Origin: Planctomycetota bacterium
GTDB lineage: Bacteria > Planctomycetota > UBA1135 > UBA2386
Length of the DNA: 64,000 bases
Reading direction: 5' to 3'
Assembly: GCA_016793265.1 (NCBI GenBank)
Contig: JAEUHT010000166.1
Span: 7,699 to 71,698 of the forward strand
The notes under the pieces are model-generated. The model had not been told where the DNA came from. It searched no databases and saw only the letters and a list, made by a program, of their open reading frames with translations. Below, in pieces: positions 43,644 to 52,873 of this stretch. The translations under genes were made by a program, and so were the position numbers. The number at the start of each line of letters is the position of its first letter. Positions within the stretch are counted from its first letter, which is position 1.

Positions 43644-43675
43644 CGCAGGCGGCTCTCTCGACCCGTGCGGCGCGC

Positions 43676-44497
43676 CTACCGCTTCCGCGCGATCACCTCG
43701 TAGACCGTCGGGCACTGCACGAAGTCGTCTTCGCCGTCGCGGATCGCGGTCAGGTCGGCGAGCAGTTCGGCGCAGTCGGCGGCGGCGAGCAGGCCCATCG
43801 TCACGAGCTTGGGCGCGAACGTGCGCCACCAAGTGTCGAGCCAGGCGAACATGGTGTCGCCGCCGCGGGCGACACGCTGGTGGGCTTCGAGGTGTTCGAT
43901 CTCGCAGCCGTGTGCACGCAGCAGGGCGGGCAGACGGCCGACGATGTCGGGGTCTCCACCGCGGGCGCGCCACGAACGAATGGTCGCGGCGACGGCGAGG
44001 TCGTGGCTCCTGCGGCGCGGCGCGGTCGTCATGGCGCCGTAGTTGAAGTAGTCGTGCACCACGAAGCGGCCGCCGGGGCGCAGGTGGTCGACGACGCCTT
44101 GCACGACGGCGCCGGGGTCGCGTACGAAGCACAGCACCCAACGGGCATAGGCGAGGTCGAACGGCGGTTCTCCGCCGAGGGCCGCGTCGAGGTCGTGTAC
44201 ATCGCCGACCGCGAAGCGCAGCTGCGGCAGGCCGCGGCGTTGCGCCTCGTAGCCGCCGTAGGTGACGAAGTTCGTGGACTCGTCGATCCCGACGACGGCG
44301 CCGCTCGGCGTCGCGAGCTGGGCGAGGTCGAAGGCGGCGAAGCCCGGGCCGCAGCCGACGTCGAGCACACGCTGGCCGGGCGTGAGGCGCGCGCGGCGCC
44401 ACGCGGCGACGGCAGCGTCCGACCACAGACGGTGCTGCTGGCCGAGGCGGGCGAGCTCGTCGGCGCCGGTGCCGAGCACATATTCACGTTCGCTCAT
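43676..44497 (-). CDS. Class I SAM-dependent methyltransferase
   Basis: ATG at 44497 (alternative at 44506). Motif I VLDVGCGPGFAA, then GGRFVVHD. This is the C-terminal 273 aa of track ORF 43676..45949. Confidence 0.8.
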   Translation of the reverse strand: MSEREYVLGTGADELARLGQQHRLWSDAAVAAWRRARLTPGQRVLDVGCGPGFAAFDLAQLATPSGAVVGIDESTNFVTYGGYEAQRRGLPQLRFAVGDVHDLDAALGGEPPFDLAYARWVLCFVRDPGAVVQGVVDHLRPGGRFVVHDYFNYGAMTTAPRRRSHDLAVAATIRSWRARGGDPDIVGRLPALLRAHGCEIEHLEAHQRVARGGDTMFAWLDTWWRTFAPKLVTMGLLAAADCAELLADLTAIRDGEDDFVQCPTVYEVIARKR

Positions 44498-44611
44498 GGC
44501 GGGCATTGAGGCGACGCGGACAGGTGGGCGCCAGCCCGGCGTGGGGGAAGTGTCGCGCCGCGGCGTCGGATTCGGCCAACGCACAGGGGTGCAGAGCCGT
44601 AGATTCCGGCC

Positions 44612-45733
44612 ATGCCTCGTCCGACCCGCCGTTCCTTCCTGACCTCGTTGGCGGCAGCCGGCGCCGCTGCCCCCTTGCTGGCGCGCAGCGGCTGGCCGCG
44701 TGCGACCGAGCCGCAGCGAATGCTCGTGCTCGGCGGCACCGGCTTCCTCGGCCCGCACTTCGTGCGCGCGGCGCTGGCGAACGGCCATACGGTGACCTTG
44801 TTCAACCGCGGCAAGACCGCGCCGGGCCTGTTCCCGGACCTGGAGCAGCTGCGTGGTGATCGTGAGAAGGGCGACCTGACGGCGCTGCAAGGCCGCACCT
44901 TCGATGCCGTCATCGACACCTCGGGTTATGTGCCGGCGCACGTCGAGGCGACGGCGAAGCTGTTCGCGGGCAAGGCGAAGCACTACCAGTTCATCAGCTC
45001 GGTGTCGGTCTACCGGGACTTCGGCCAGCGTGGGGACGAGATCGACGAGAGCGCGGCGGTCGGTGAGGTCGCCGACGACAAGGTCGGCGACGTGCAGACC
45101 ATCCGCCAGTCGATGCCGTTCTATGGGCCGCTGAAGGCGCGCTGCGAGGCGGCGGCCATGGCGGCGATGCCGGGCAAGGTGGCGACGATCCGGCCGGGCC
45201 TCATCGTCGGGCCGGGCGACACCAGCGATCGCTTCACTTGGTGGCCGGTGCGCATCGATCGCGGCGGCGCGGTGCTGGCGCCGGCGGATCCCGATGGCGA
45301 GGTGCAGTTCGTCGATGTGCGCGATCTCGCGGCGTGGATGCTGCATTGTGTCGAACACGCGGTCGCCGGCGTCTTCAACTGCACGGGCTTCGCCGGGCGG
45401 GTGTCGATGGGCGACCTGCTGTCGGCGTGCAAGTGCGCGACGGCGCAGCCGGTGGAGCTGGTGTGGGCGAGTGAGCAGTTCCTGCTCGAGAACGAAGTGC
45501 GGCCGTGGATGCAGATGCCGCTGTGGATCGCCAAGGGTGGCCGCGGCCACGTCGCCAACGCGCGGGCCCTCGCCAATGGCATGAGCTTCCGGCCGATCGC
45601 CGACACCGTGCGCGACACGCTGTCGTGGGCGAAGAGCGAGCGCGGCGACATGCCGTTCGATCGCACTGGCGTGCCGGCGGCGCGGGAGGCCGAGCTGATC
45701 GAGAAGTGGCGACAGCAGCAGGGAGGCCGGTGA
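44612..45733 (+). CDS. Tat-exported NAD(P)-dependent epimerase/dehydratase-family protein
   Basis: Twin-arginine signal MPRPTRRSFLTSLAAAGAAAPLLA. Rossmann motif VLGGTGFLGPHFV. Confidence 0.8.
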   Translation: MPRPTRRSFLTSLAAAGAAAPLLARSGWPRATEPQRMLVLGGTGFLGPHFVRAALANGHTVTLFNRGKTAPGLFPDLEQLRGDREKGDLTALQGRTFDAVIDTSGYVPAHVEATAKLFAGKAKHYQFISSVSVYRDFGQRGDEIDESAAVGEVADDKVGDVQTIRQSMPFYGPLKARCEAAAMAAMPGKVATIRPGLIVGPGDTSDRFTWWPVRIDRGGAVLAPADPDGEVQFVDVRDLAAWMLHCVEHAVAGVFNCTGFAGRVSMGDLLSACKCATAQPVELVWASEQFLLENEVRPWMQMPLWIAKGGRGHVANARALANGMSFRPIADTVRDTLSWAKSERGDMPFDRTGVPAAREAELIEKWRQQQGGR

Positions 45734-47748
45734 TGACGGTGCGCCTGTCCGCCGTGGTCTTGTGCGCCGCCCTGCCGCTGCTGCGGGCGCAGGACGAGCT
45801 CGGGCTCGGCAAGATGTGGACGTTCGAACGGCCGCCGCTCGCCTACCTGCAGCAGGAGTACGGCTTCCGGCCCGACGAGGCGTGGTGGAACCGCATGCGG
45901 CTGGCGTCGCTGCGCTTCGGCCGCGGTTGTTCGGCGTCGTTCGTGTCATCGCGCGGGCTGATCCTGACCAACCACCACTGCGCCCGGGATGCCATCGCCA
46001 AGGTGCAAGGGGCCGCCGACTGGGTGCGCGACGGTTTCGTCGCCGCGACGATGGCGGACGAGGTGAAGCTGCCGGGCCTGACGGTGCAGCAGCTCGTGCG
46101 CATGCGCGACGTCACCGCCGAGGTGATGGCTGGTGTCGCCGCGGCCGCCGATGCCGGGGCCGCCGCGGCGGTGCGCGAGCAGAACCGCGAACGGCTGCTC
46201 GCGGCGGCGCGGGCCGCCGATCCCGGGCTGGAGCCGCAGCTCGTCGACCTGTTCCACGGCGGTGTCTGGCAGCTCTATCAGTACCGCGTCTTCGACGACG
46301 TCCGGCTGGTCATGGCGCCGCACCTGCAGGTCGCGCACTTCGGTGGCGACCCCGACAACTTCGTCTTCCCGCGCTACGCGATCGACTTCGCCTTCTGCCG
46401 CGCCTATGTCGGCGGTGAGCCAGCGGACACCACGGCATCTCACTTCGAGTGGGGCGACGGGCCGCAGGAAGGCGAGCTCGTGTTCCTGACCGGCAATCCC
46501 GGCGGCACGCAGCGGCTGCTGACGGCGGCGCAGCTCGGCTATCAGCGCGAGGCCAGGTACCCGCGCGTGCGGGAGCTGATCGACAACCGCCTGGCGATCC
46601 TGCGCCGGTTCGCCGCGGCCGATGCGAAGGCGGAGAAGACCCTGCGCACGTCGATCCTGGGGCTCGAGAACGCGCAGAAGCTCTATCGCGGCGAGCTGGC
46701 GGCGTTGACCGACCCGACCTTCCAGGCCCGCAAGGCGGCGGCGGAGCACGCCTTCCAGACTCGCGTCGAACGCAGCGGCCGCGGCGGGGAGATCGAGGTC
46801 TGGCGTCAGCTCGAGCGGCTGATGCAGGAGAAGAAGGCGCTCGATGCGCCGCTCAACTTCCAGACCACCGGTGGTCTGCCGCTGCTGCTGCGGGCGGCGG
46901 CTTTGCTCGACTTCGCGGCCAGCGGTGAGCAGGCCGAGGCGCAGAAGGCGAAGGACGCCGTGTGTGCGCGCGACGCGCTGCAGGAGGCGTTGTTCGCCGA
47001 TCACCTGCTGCGGGCGCAGCGGCGGCTGCCGGCCGATGACCCCTACCTGCACGAGCTGCTCGCCGGGGCGGCGCCGGTGGCGGCGGTGCAGCGGCTGGTC
47101 GAGGGTTCGCGGCTCGGCGACGATGCGGTGCTGGCGGCGCTGCTCGAAGGTGGCGCCCAGGCGATCGCGGTGGCCACCGACCCGGCGCTGCTGGCGGCGC
47201 GGGCGATCCGGCGGCTCGGCCACGAAAACCAGCGGCAGCAGCGCGCCATCGAGGCGAAGGAGGCGGCGCTGACCGAACGGCTCGCCAGGCTGTTGTTCGC
47301 CGTCTACGGCAACGACGTCTCACCGGACGCCACCTTCACCCTGCGTTGGAGCGATGGTCGCGTCGCCGGCTATCCGTACAACGGCACGCTGGCGCCGTGG
47401 CGAACGGTGCTGCACGGCCTGTTCGCGCGGGCGGCGGAGTTCGACGGGGTGCACCCGTTCGACCTGCCGCAGGACTGGCTGCTGGCGAAGGACCGCCTCG
47501 ACATGACGACCCCGGTCGACTTCGTCTGCACGGTCGACTCGACCGGCGGCAACTCGGGCAGCCCGATCGTCGATCGCGACCTGCGGCTCGCCGGGTTGTT
47601 GTTCGACGGCAACATGGAGTCGCTCGCCAACGAGTTCCTCTACGGCGAGCGCGTCGAGCGCAGCGTCTGCGTGCATCCGCAGGCGATCGTCGAGGCGCTG
47701 CGCAAGGTGTATCGCGCGACGCGGTTGCTGCGCGAACTCGGGCGCTGA
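45733..47748 (+). CDS. S46-family serine peptidase (dipeptidyl-peptidase 7/11-like)
   Basis: ATG at 45733 shares its A with the upstream TGA stop at 45731-45733. Signal peptide present. Catalytic His context LILTNHHCA and catalytic Ser context TGGNSGSPIV. Confidence 0.85.
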   Translation: MTVRLSAVVLCAALPLLRAQDELGLGKMWTFERPPLAYLQQEYGFRPDEAWWNRMRLASLRFGRGCSASFVSSRGLILTNHHCARDAIAKVQGAADWVRDGFVAATMADEVKLPGLTVQQLVRMRDVTAEVMAGVAAAADAGAAAAVREQNRERLLAAARAADPGLEPQLVDLFHGGVWQLYQYRVFDDVRLVMAPHLQVAHFGGDPDNFVFPRYAIDFAFCRAYVGGEPADTTASHFEWGDGPQEGELVFLTGNPGGTQRLLTAAQLGYQREARYPRVRELIDNRLAILRRFAAADAKAEKTLRTSILGLENAQKLYRGELAALTDPTFQARKAAAEHAFQTRVERSGRGGEIEVWRQLERLMQEKKALDAPLNFQTTGGLPLLLRAAALLDFAASGEQAEAQKAKDAVCARDALQEALFADHLLRAQRRLPADDPYLHELLAGAAPVAAVQRLVEGSRLGDDAVLAALLEGGAQAIAVATDPALLAARAIRRLGHENQRQQRAIEAKEAALTERLARLLFAVYGNDVSPDATFTLRWSDGRVAGYPYNGTLAPWRTVLHGLFARAAEFDGVHPFDLPQDWLLAKDRLDMTTPVDFVCTVDSTGGNSGSPIVDRDLRLAGLLFDGNMESLANEFLYGERVERSVCVHPQAIVEALRKVYRATRLLRELGR

Positions 47749-47766
47749 CCGCGGCGCCGCCGGCGA

Positions 47767-50001
47767 TCAGCCGCCGGCGTTCTGCGCGATGCCGCCGACG
47801 TAGAGCGGCGCGGCGGTCACCTCCGGCATCTCGCCGATCGCCGGGTCCTGGTACGGCGTGGCTTCCGGCTCGGTGATCGTGGTGCCGTCGATGTCGAAGC
47901 CCTGCGCGGTGTAGACCGTGTTCGGGCTGCCGACCTCGACCATCATCTGCTCGCCTTCGAGCTGCTTGATCTTGTAGGTCGTGCTGGCGGCGGTCACCTC
48001 GGTGCCGGTCGGGATGTTGAGCAGCGGGTACCAGTTGCCGGAGCCGGAGTCCTGTTCGTAGGGCAGGCCCTGCAGGTTGGAGCCATCCCACTCCAGGAAG
48101 AACGTGCGGCCGTCGTAGGACGAGCCGTTCTCCGCGTGCACGTAGGTGAAGCGCGTCGGCGGGTCGAAGGTGACGAAGTCCTCGTTGGCGTCCTTCAGCG
48201 TGCGCAGCTGGTTCCACGAGTTGCTGCCGAACGACCAGCGGTAGGTGACGGTCTGCGAGGAGATGTCGCCGAACGAGCTCAGCGCGGTGGCGAACAGCGG
48301 GCCGCAGTCGAGCCCGAACATGCCGGGGCCCTGCGTGATGGTGACGCCGTTGGCGAGGTTCACGTCGGTGCCGCCGAGCTGCAGCATCAGCGTCTCCTTG
48401 TCGAAGACGTAGGTCTGGTTGCCGCTGCTGGTGCTGCTGGCGTCCGGCAGGTACGGCGACTCGCTGTTCTGGAAGTTGGCCTGATCGCTGGTGATGCCGG
48501 CGCGCAGCATGTGGAAGTAGCCGTGCAGCGTGAGGTCGCCGCCGGCGAGCTCGGCCGAGTCGGCGTTGAGCGTGGTATGCGACCACACGTAGGCCGGCGT
48601 CGAGGTCGACAGCGAGGCGGGCCAGCTGAATTCGACGTTGCCGCGGGCCTGGCTCCAGAAGCTGCACCATTGTCCGGTGGTGAAGCCGCTGCTGATGCTG
48701 ACCGGGGTGTTCTCGATCTGCCATTCACCATTGCTCATGGTGGCGACGCGCACGAGGTCGGTGCCGGTGAAGCGCACCTTGGTCTGGCCGCCGCCGTTCG
48801 GATCGAAGAACTCCATGTCCTCGCCCTCGATGTCGCCGAGGGTGATCGAGTCACGCGTGTTCTTCTCCAGCTTGCCGGGCGCGATGACGAGCGTGTAGGG
48901 CGTCGTCGAGTTGTCCTGGAAGCTGCGGCGGTAGAGCGTCTGGCCGTTGCTGAGGGTCACGTTCTCGGGGAACCAGATGCCGTGGAAACCGGCCCAGCCG
49001 TTGGCGCCGTTGCTGTCCTGCACCGGGAAGCCCGAGAGTTGGTCGACGCGCGCCTCGGTGGTGCCGTCGTAGACGCCGTAGCGGTAGACGCGGGTCTCGA
49101 AGTCGTTGCGGTCGAGCACGCTGAGGGTGTTGCCGTTGGCCACGTCGCGGCGGGCGACGTAGTCGGCGTTGAACTGCAGCTGGTACTCACCCTCTTCGCT
49201 GTAGGTGCTGCCGCCGTGGTTCTGGATGTAGCGGCGTTCGGTGTAGGCGCGCCCGCTCTGCTCGAGCGGGTTGCCGAGCAGGTGCATACGCTCACGCTGC
49301 GCGTAGTCGCCGCTGGCGACGGTGCCCTCGACGTCGCCGTGCGCCATGTAGAACTCGACCTCGGTCTGGGCGTCGTTGCGCGCGATCGTGCGCATGTAGC
49401 CCTCGAACATCGTATTCGTGCTGGTCGCGGGCTCGCCGACCGGCAGGCTCTTGAAGTAGAGCGTGAACATGCCCAACGGCTGCGCGTCCGACGGCTCCTC
49501 GGTCACCGTCAGCTTGCCGTAGATGACCGACTCCTCGCCCTGTTCGACGCCCTTGATCCAGAAGCTGGCGATCTGGGGCGCGCTGTTGCTCGCGCGCGTC
49601 GAGTCGACGATCCACTCCTCGTAGACCGGGCCGGTGTTGCCACGTTCGCCGCCGCCGTTGCGTTCGTCCTGCTGCACCAGGGCGCGGTACGGGCCGTTGT
49701 TGGTCTGCTCCCAGTACTGCGTCTCGGTGAGGCTGCGCAGGATCATGTTGACGGTGTCGAGCGCGCTGAGCGAGTTGTCGCGGATCCAGAAGCGCGTGGC
49801 GTCGGTCTGATAGTCACTGCCGGCGACCGCTCGCAGATGGCGCGGCAGACGAACGGTGTTGTTCGAGCCGCCGCTGGCCTCGATGACCGACACCTGCTGT
49901 GGGCCCTGCAGGCTCTGGATCGAACCGGTGTCGGTGGCGTCGCCGCCGCCGCACGCGGCCAGCAACGGGAGCAGATAGACGGGGAGCGGGAACTTGCGCA
50001 T
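47767..50001 (-). CDS. Large acidic lipoprotein (744 aa), unknown function
   Basis: MRKFPLPVYLLPLLAACGGG carries a lipobox. GAGGAG-type SD upstream. Composition is rich in N/S/T/Y/Q and GC is lower than the surroundings. No family recognised. Confidence 0.75.
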   Translation of the reverse strand: MRKFPLPVYLLPLLAACGGGDATDTGSIQSLQGPQQVSVIEASGGSNNTVRLPRHLRAVAGSDYQTDATRFWIRDNSLSALDTVNMILRSLTETQYWEQTNNGPYRALVQQDERNGGGERGNTGPVYEEWIVDSTRASNSAPQIASFWIKGVEQGEESVIYGKLTVTEEPSDAQPLGMFTLYFKSLPVGEPATSTNTMFEGYMRTIARNDAQTEVEFYMAHGDVEGTVASGDYAQRERMHLLGNPLEQSGRAYTERRYIQNHGGSTYSEEGEYQLQFNADYVARRDVANGNTLSVLDRNDFETRVYRYGVYDGTTEARVDQLSGFPVQDSNGANGWAGFHGIWFPENVTLSNGQTLYRRSFQDNSTTPYTLVIAPGKLEKNTRDSITLGDIEGEDMEFFDPNGGGQTKVRFTGTDLVRVATMSNGEWQIENTPVSISSGFTTGQWCSFWSQARGNVEFSWPASLSTSTPAYVWSHTTLNADSAELAGGDLTLHGYFHMLRAGITSDQANFQNSESPYLPDASSTSSGNQTYVFDKETLMLQLGGTDVNLANGVTITQGPGMFGLDCGPLFATALSSFGDISSQTVTYRWSFGSNSWNQLRTLKDANEDFVTFDPPTRFTYVHAENGSSYDGRTFFLEWDGSNLQGLPYEQDSGSGNWYPLLNIPTGTEVTAASTTYKIKQLEGEQMMVEVGSPNTVYTAQGFDIDGTTITEPEATPYQDPAIGEMPEVTAAPLYVGGIAQNAGG

Positions 50002-50207
50002 GGGCTTTCGGACTTCTCCTCTCTTCGGAAGTGATGACCGTCGGGCGGCCGTGAGTCAGCAGGATCGGCTGTCGGCACGGCGGCGGTTGAGTCCGGCCCG
50101 GGTGCGTTGCGGCAGGCGGTCAGCGTGGCGGCGCCGAGCGCGGGTTGTCCCTGCCGGCACCTGTGCGGGGGTCAAGTCCCGATGCCAACGACGCCGATGC
50201 GATCGCC

Positions 50208-51533
50208 ATGGCCCATCTCCGCACTGTTGCGCTGTTCGCCAGCGCCGTCCTCCTCGCCGTTCCCCTCGCCGCGCAGAACACGACCTGGTACGTATCTGCC
50301 GCCAACGGCAAGGGTCGCAAGGGCACCAAGGAGGAGCCCGTGCGCGACCTCTCCGTGATCGCGCCCAACCTCAAGAACGGCGACACCGTGCTGATCGCCG
50401 GCGGCGTCTACACCGGGCGCGCCGACTGTGGGTCCGACCAGATCAAGGTCACCTGCAAGATCCTCGGCGGCTTCGACGACACCTTCACGACGCGCGATCC
50501 GTGGGGCGCCCACCGCACGGTGCTCAGCGGCGACAACAAGAGCAAGAACTGGAACTCCAACGCGCGGCTGTGGTTCGACTGTCGTGGCCAGAAGGAGCCG
50601 GGCGAGATCGTGGTCGACGGCCTCATCGTCGACAACGGCGCCCGCAACCACTACCGCAAGGGCGAGGACCTGGAGATCGTGCGCAAGGCCAATCCGGCCA
50701 CCGGCAACAACGCGACGCCGGAGTCGCCCGGCATCTTCGTCGACACGCCGCGCCGCGGCACCGCCACCATCACCAATTGTGTGGTGATGAACACCGGGCC
50801 CACCGGCGGCACCGGCGCGATCTACGCCTTCGGCCATGAGAATGCGACGCTGACGATCAAGAACAACCTCGTCGTCAACAACACCGGCAGCGCCATCAAC
50901 TGTGTGTCCTGCTGGCACCCGAAGGACGGCAAGGGCATCCCGACGTTCACGGTCGCCGACAACACCGTGCTGTTCAGCTGGAAGTACGACGCCTTCGCCA
51001 CGCACGGCGGTTCGTCGCTCAAGATGGACGGCGACACCGTCTGCAGCGTGGTCGGCAACGTGTTCGCCTTCAACGACTACTTCTGCGTCGACAACGTCAA
51101 GCAGTCGAAGGGCCTGTTGCTGAAGGACAATCTGTTCGGCCCGGCGCTGATGGGCGACTACCAGGAATTCAGCACCGTGCTGTCGCTGCAGCAGATGGAG
51201 GAGAGCGCGCAGCTGCTGCACGCGGACACGGCCGGCAACGTCCACGAGAAGTTCGAGCTGCAGCTCGAACCGAAGTGGGCCAACGACTTCGCTGCCCGCA
51301 CCGTCATCGATCGCAACAAGGCCGAAGCCGACGTGCAGGTGAAGGACGATCGCCAGAACGAGCTGCGCCGCATGCTCGGGCTCAACCTGGTGGGCAACGA
51401 CATCAACGCCAGCAGCGCGGTCTGGCTGCACCGCATGGCCATCGACGACGCCGTGCGCTGCGGCATGCAGAAGGTCGCCGGCAAGTACGGCTGCCAGAAC
51501 CCGTTCGTCGGCGAGGCCGCGCCGGCCAAGTGA
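50208..51533 (+). CDS. Secreted right-handed parallel beta-helix repeat protein (pectate-lyase-fold-like)
   Basis: ATG at 50208, signal MAHLRTVALFASAVLLAVPLAAQ. Repeated short I.N/V.NN rungs: ATITNCVVMNTG, LTIKNNLVVNNTG, FTVADNTVLFS, VVGNVFAFN. Confidence 0.7.
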   Translation: MAHLRTVALFASAVLLAVPLAAQNTTWYVSAANGKGRKGTKEEPVRDLSVIAPNLKNGDTVLIAGGVYTGRADCGSDQIKVTCKILGGFDDTFTTRDPWGAHRTVLSGDNKSKNWNSNARLWFDCRGQKEPGEIVVDGLIVDNGARNHYRKGEDLEIVRKANPATGNNATPESPGIFVDTPRRGTATITNCVVMNTGPTGGTGAIYAFGHENATLTIKNNLVVNNTGSAINCVSCWHPKDGKGIPTFTVADNTVLFSWKYDAFATHGGSSLKMDGDTVCSVVGNVFAFNDYFCVDNVKQSKGLLLKDNLFGPALMGDYQEFSTVLSLQQMEESAQLLHADTAGNVHEKFELQLEPKWANDFAARTVIDRNKAEADVQVKDDRQNELRRMLGLNLVGNDINASSAVWLHRMAIDDAVRCGMQKVAGKYGCQNPFVGEAAPAK

Positions 51534-51539
51534 TCACCG

Positions 51540-51563
51540 CGGCGCGCCGGACAGGGCGCGCCG
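51540..51563. terminator. GC-rich hairpin between convergent genes (candidate bidirectional terminator, no U-tract)
   Basis: CGGCGCGCC-GGACAG-GGCGCGCCG has a 9-bp perfect stem. It lies between the stop at 51533 (+) and the stop at 51576 (-). Confidence 0.4.
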
Positions 51564-51575
51564 GTGGCCCGCGCC

Positions 51576-52715
51576 TCACGCCGAGGCGCCGACCTCTTCG
51601 TAGACCGTCGTGCGCTGCACCGGCTCGTAGCCCGCCTCGCGGATCAGGTTGGTGAGCTGCGCCTCGTCGAGCGCCTGCGGCTCGGTGGTGCCGGCGTCGT
51701 GCGTGATCTTCTCCTCGGTGACGGTGCCGTCGATGTCGTTGGCGCCGAAGCTGAGCGCGGTCTGCGCCGACTCCTGGGTCAGCATGATCCAGTAGGCCTT
51801 GATGTGCGGGAAGTTGTCGAGCATCAGGCGGCCGATCGCGATCGAGCGTTGGTCGAGGAAGCCGGTGGTGACGTGGCCGTAGTTGGCGAGGTCGGTGTGA
51901 TAGGGCCAGAACGCCAGCGGGATGTAGGCCATGAAGCCGCCGCACTCGTCCTGCAGCTCGCGCAGCTTGATCAGGTGGGTGACGCGCTCGTCGACCTTCT
52001 CGATGTGGCCGTAGAGCATCGTCGCGTTCATCTTGAAGCCGTGCTGCTGCACCTTGCGCGCGGTGTCGAGCCAGCCCTGCGGGCCCTGCTTCTCGCGGAA
52101 CACGGCCTTGTGCACACGGTCGACGAGCACCTCGGCGCCACCGCCGGGGCACGAGCCGAGCCCGGCCTCACGCAGGTCGGCGAACACCTGGTCCTCGCTC
52201 TTGCCGGAGATCTTCAGGATGTGGTCGATCTCGACCATCGTGAACGCCTTGACGTGGATGTCCGGGCGGGCGCGTTTGGCCGCGCGCACGACATCGAGGT
52301 AGTAGTCGTAGCCCATCTGCGGGTGGATGCCCGCCACCATGTGCACCTCGGTGACCGGTCGGTGCAGCTGCTCCTTCACCTTCTGCTCGACGATCGCCGG
52401 CGTCATCAGGTAGCCGCGCTGCTCGCCCTCTTTGGCCGCGAACGCGCAGAACTTGCACGAGTAGACGCAGATGTTGGTGTAGTTGACGTGCTGGTTGATG
52501 TTGAAGTAGGTCTTCTTGCCGTGCCGCTGGGTGCGCACGCGGTGCGCCATCAGGCCGACCGCGGCGAGGTGCGGCGTCTCGTAGAGCCGCACGCCGTCCG
52601 CGAACGACAGCCGTTCGCCAGAGCGCACCTTGGCGTCGATGTCGCCGAGTCCGGCGCGGTCGATCAGCTTCTTGGCGAGGGAGTCGTCGAGAGAGGCGTA
52701 CTGGAAGGCGGTCAT
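51576..52715 (-). CDS. Radical-SAM menaquinone (futalosine-pathway) enzyme, MqnC/MqnE family
   Basis: ATG at 52715. Cluster motif NYTNICVYSCKFCAF. About 379 aa. I cannot separate MqnC from MqnE by eye. Confidence 0.8.
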   Translation of the reverse strand: MTAFQYASLDDSLAKKLIDRAGLGDIDAKVRSGERLSFADGVRLYETPHLAAVGLMAHRVRTQRHGKKTYFNINQHVNYTNICVYSCKFCAFAAKEGEQRGYLMTPAIVEQKVKEQLHRPVTEVHMVAGIHPQMGYDYYLDVVRAAKRARPDIHVKAFTMVEIDHILKISGKSEDQVFADLREAGLGSCPGGGAEVLVDRVHKAVFREKQGPQGWLDTARKVQQHGFKMNATMLYGHIEKVDERVTHLIKLRELQDECGGFMAYIPLAFWPYHTDLANYGHVTTGFLDQRSIAIGRLMLDNFPHIKAYWIMLTQESAQTALSFGANDIDGTVTEEKITHDAGTTEPQALDEAQLTNLIREAGYEPVQRTTVYEEVGASA

Positions 52716-52873
52716 GGTGCGGGGCGGGAAGGCTAGGGCGTGGCCGCGGGCGGGTGAAGGGCGACGGTCCTGGGTGGGGCGAATTGCCGGCCCGGGCCAG
52801 GCCGGCGCCACTCGTCGTGCGGGCGCGCGGCCCTGCGCGCCGTCGAGTCGAGGCGGTATCCTGCCCGGCCGCA

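Noticed and set aside
43142-44046. Arg-rich ORFs across the tandem repeat (43142..43642 minus; 43255..44046 and 43269..43703 plus) encoding repeated protamine-like peptides
   Set aside because: The repeated peptide is simply the translation of the 108-bp DNA repeat. The reading frames run through the tRNA gene and have no credible start context. Small basic peptides cannot be fully excluded without ribosome profiling.
50074-50090. Sigma-54 promoter candidate (GGCAC ... TTGA) in the divergent region 50002-50207
   Set aside because: The spacing between GGCAC and TTG is 8 nt instead of the required 5, and the -12 element is not TTGC. The 61561-61672 region likewise has no properly spaced GG/GC elements.
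43327-51533. Genomic island integrated at tRNA-Arg
   Set aside because: There is no integrase, excisionase or mobility gene downstream. I found no direct-orientation copy of the tRNA 3' end that would mark a far boundary. The lower-GC genes at 47767-51533 are separated from the tRNA by ordinary high-GC genes.
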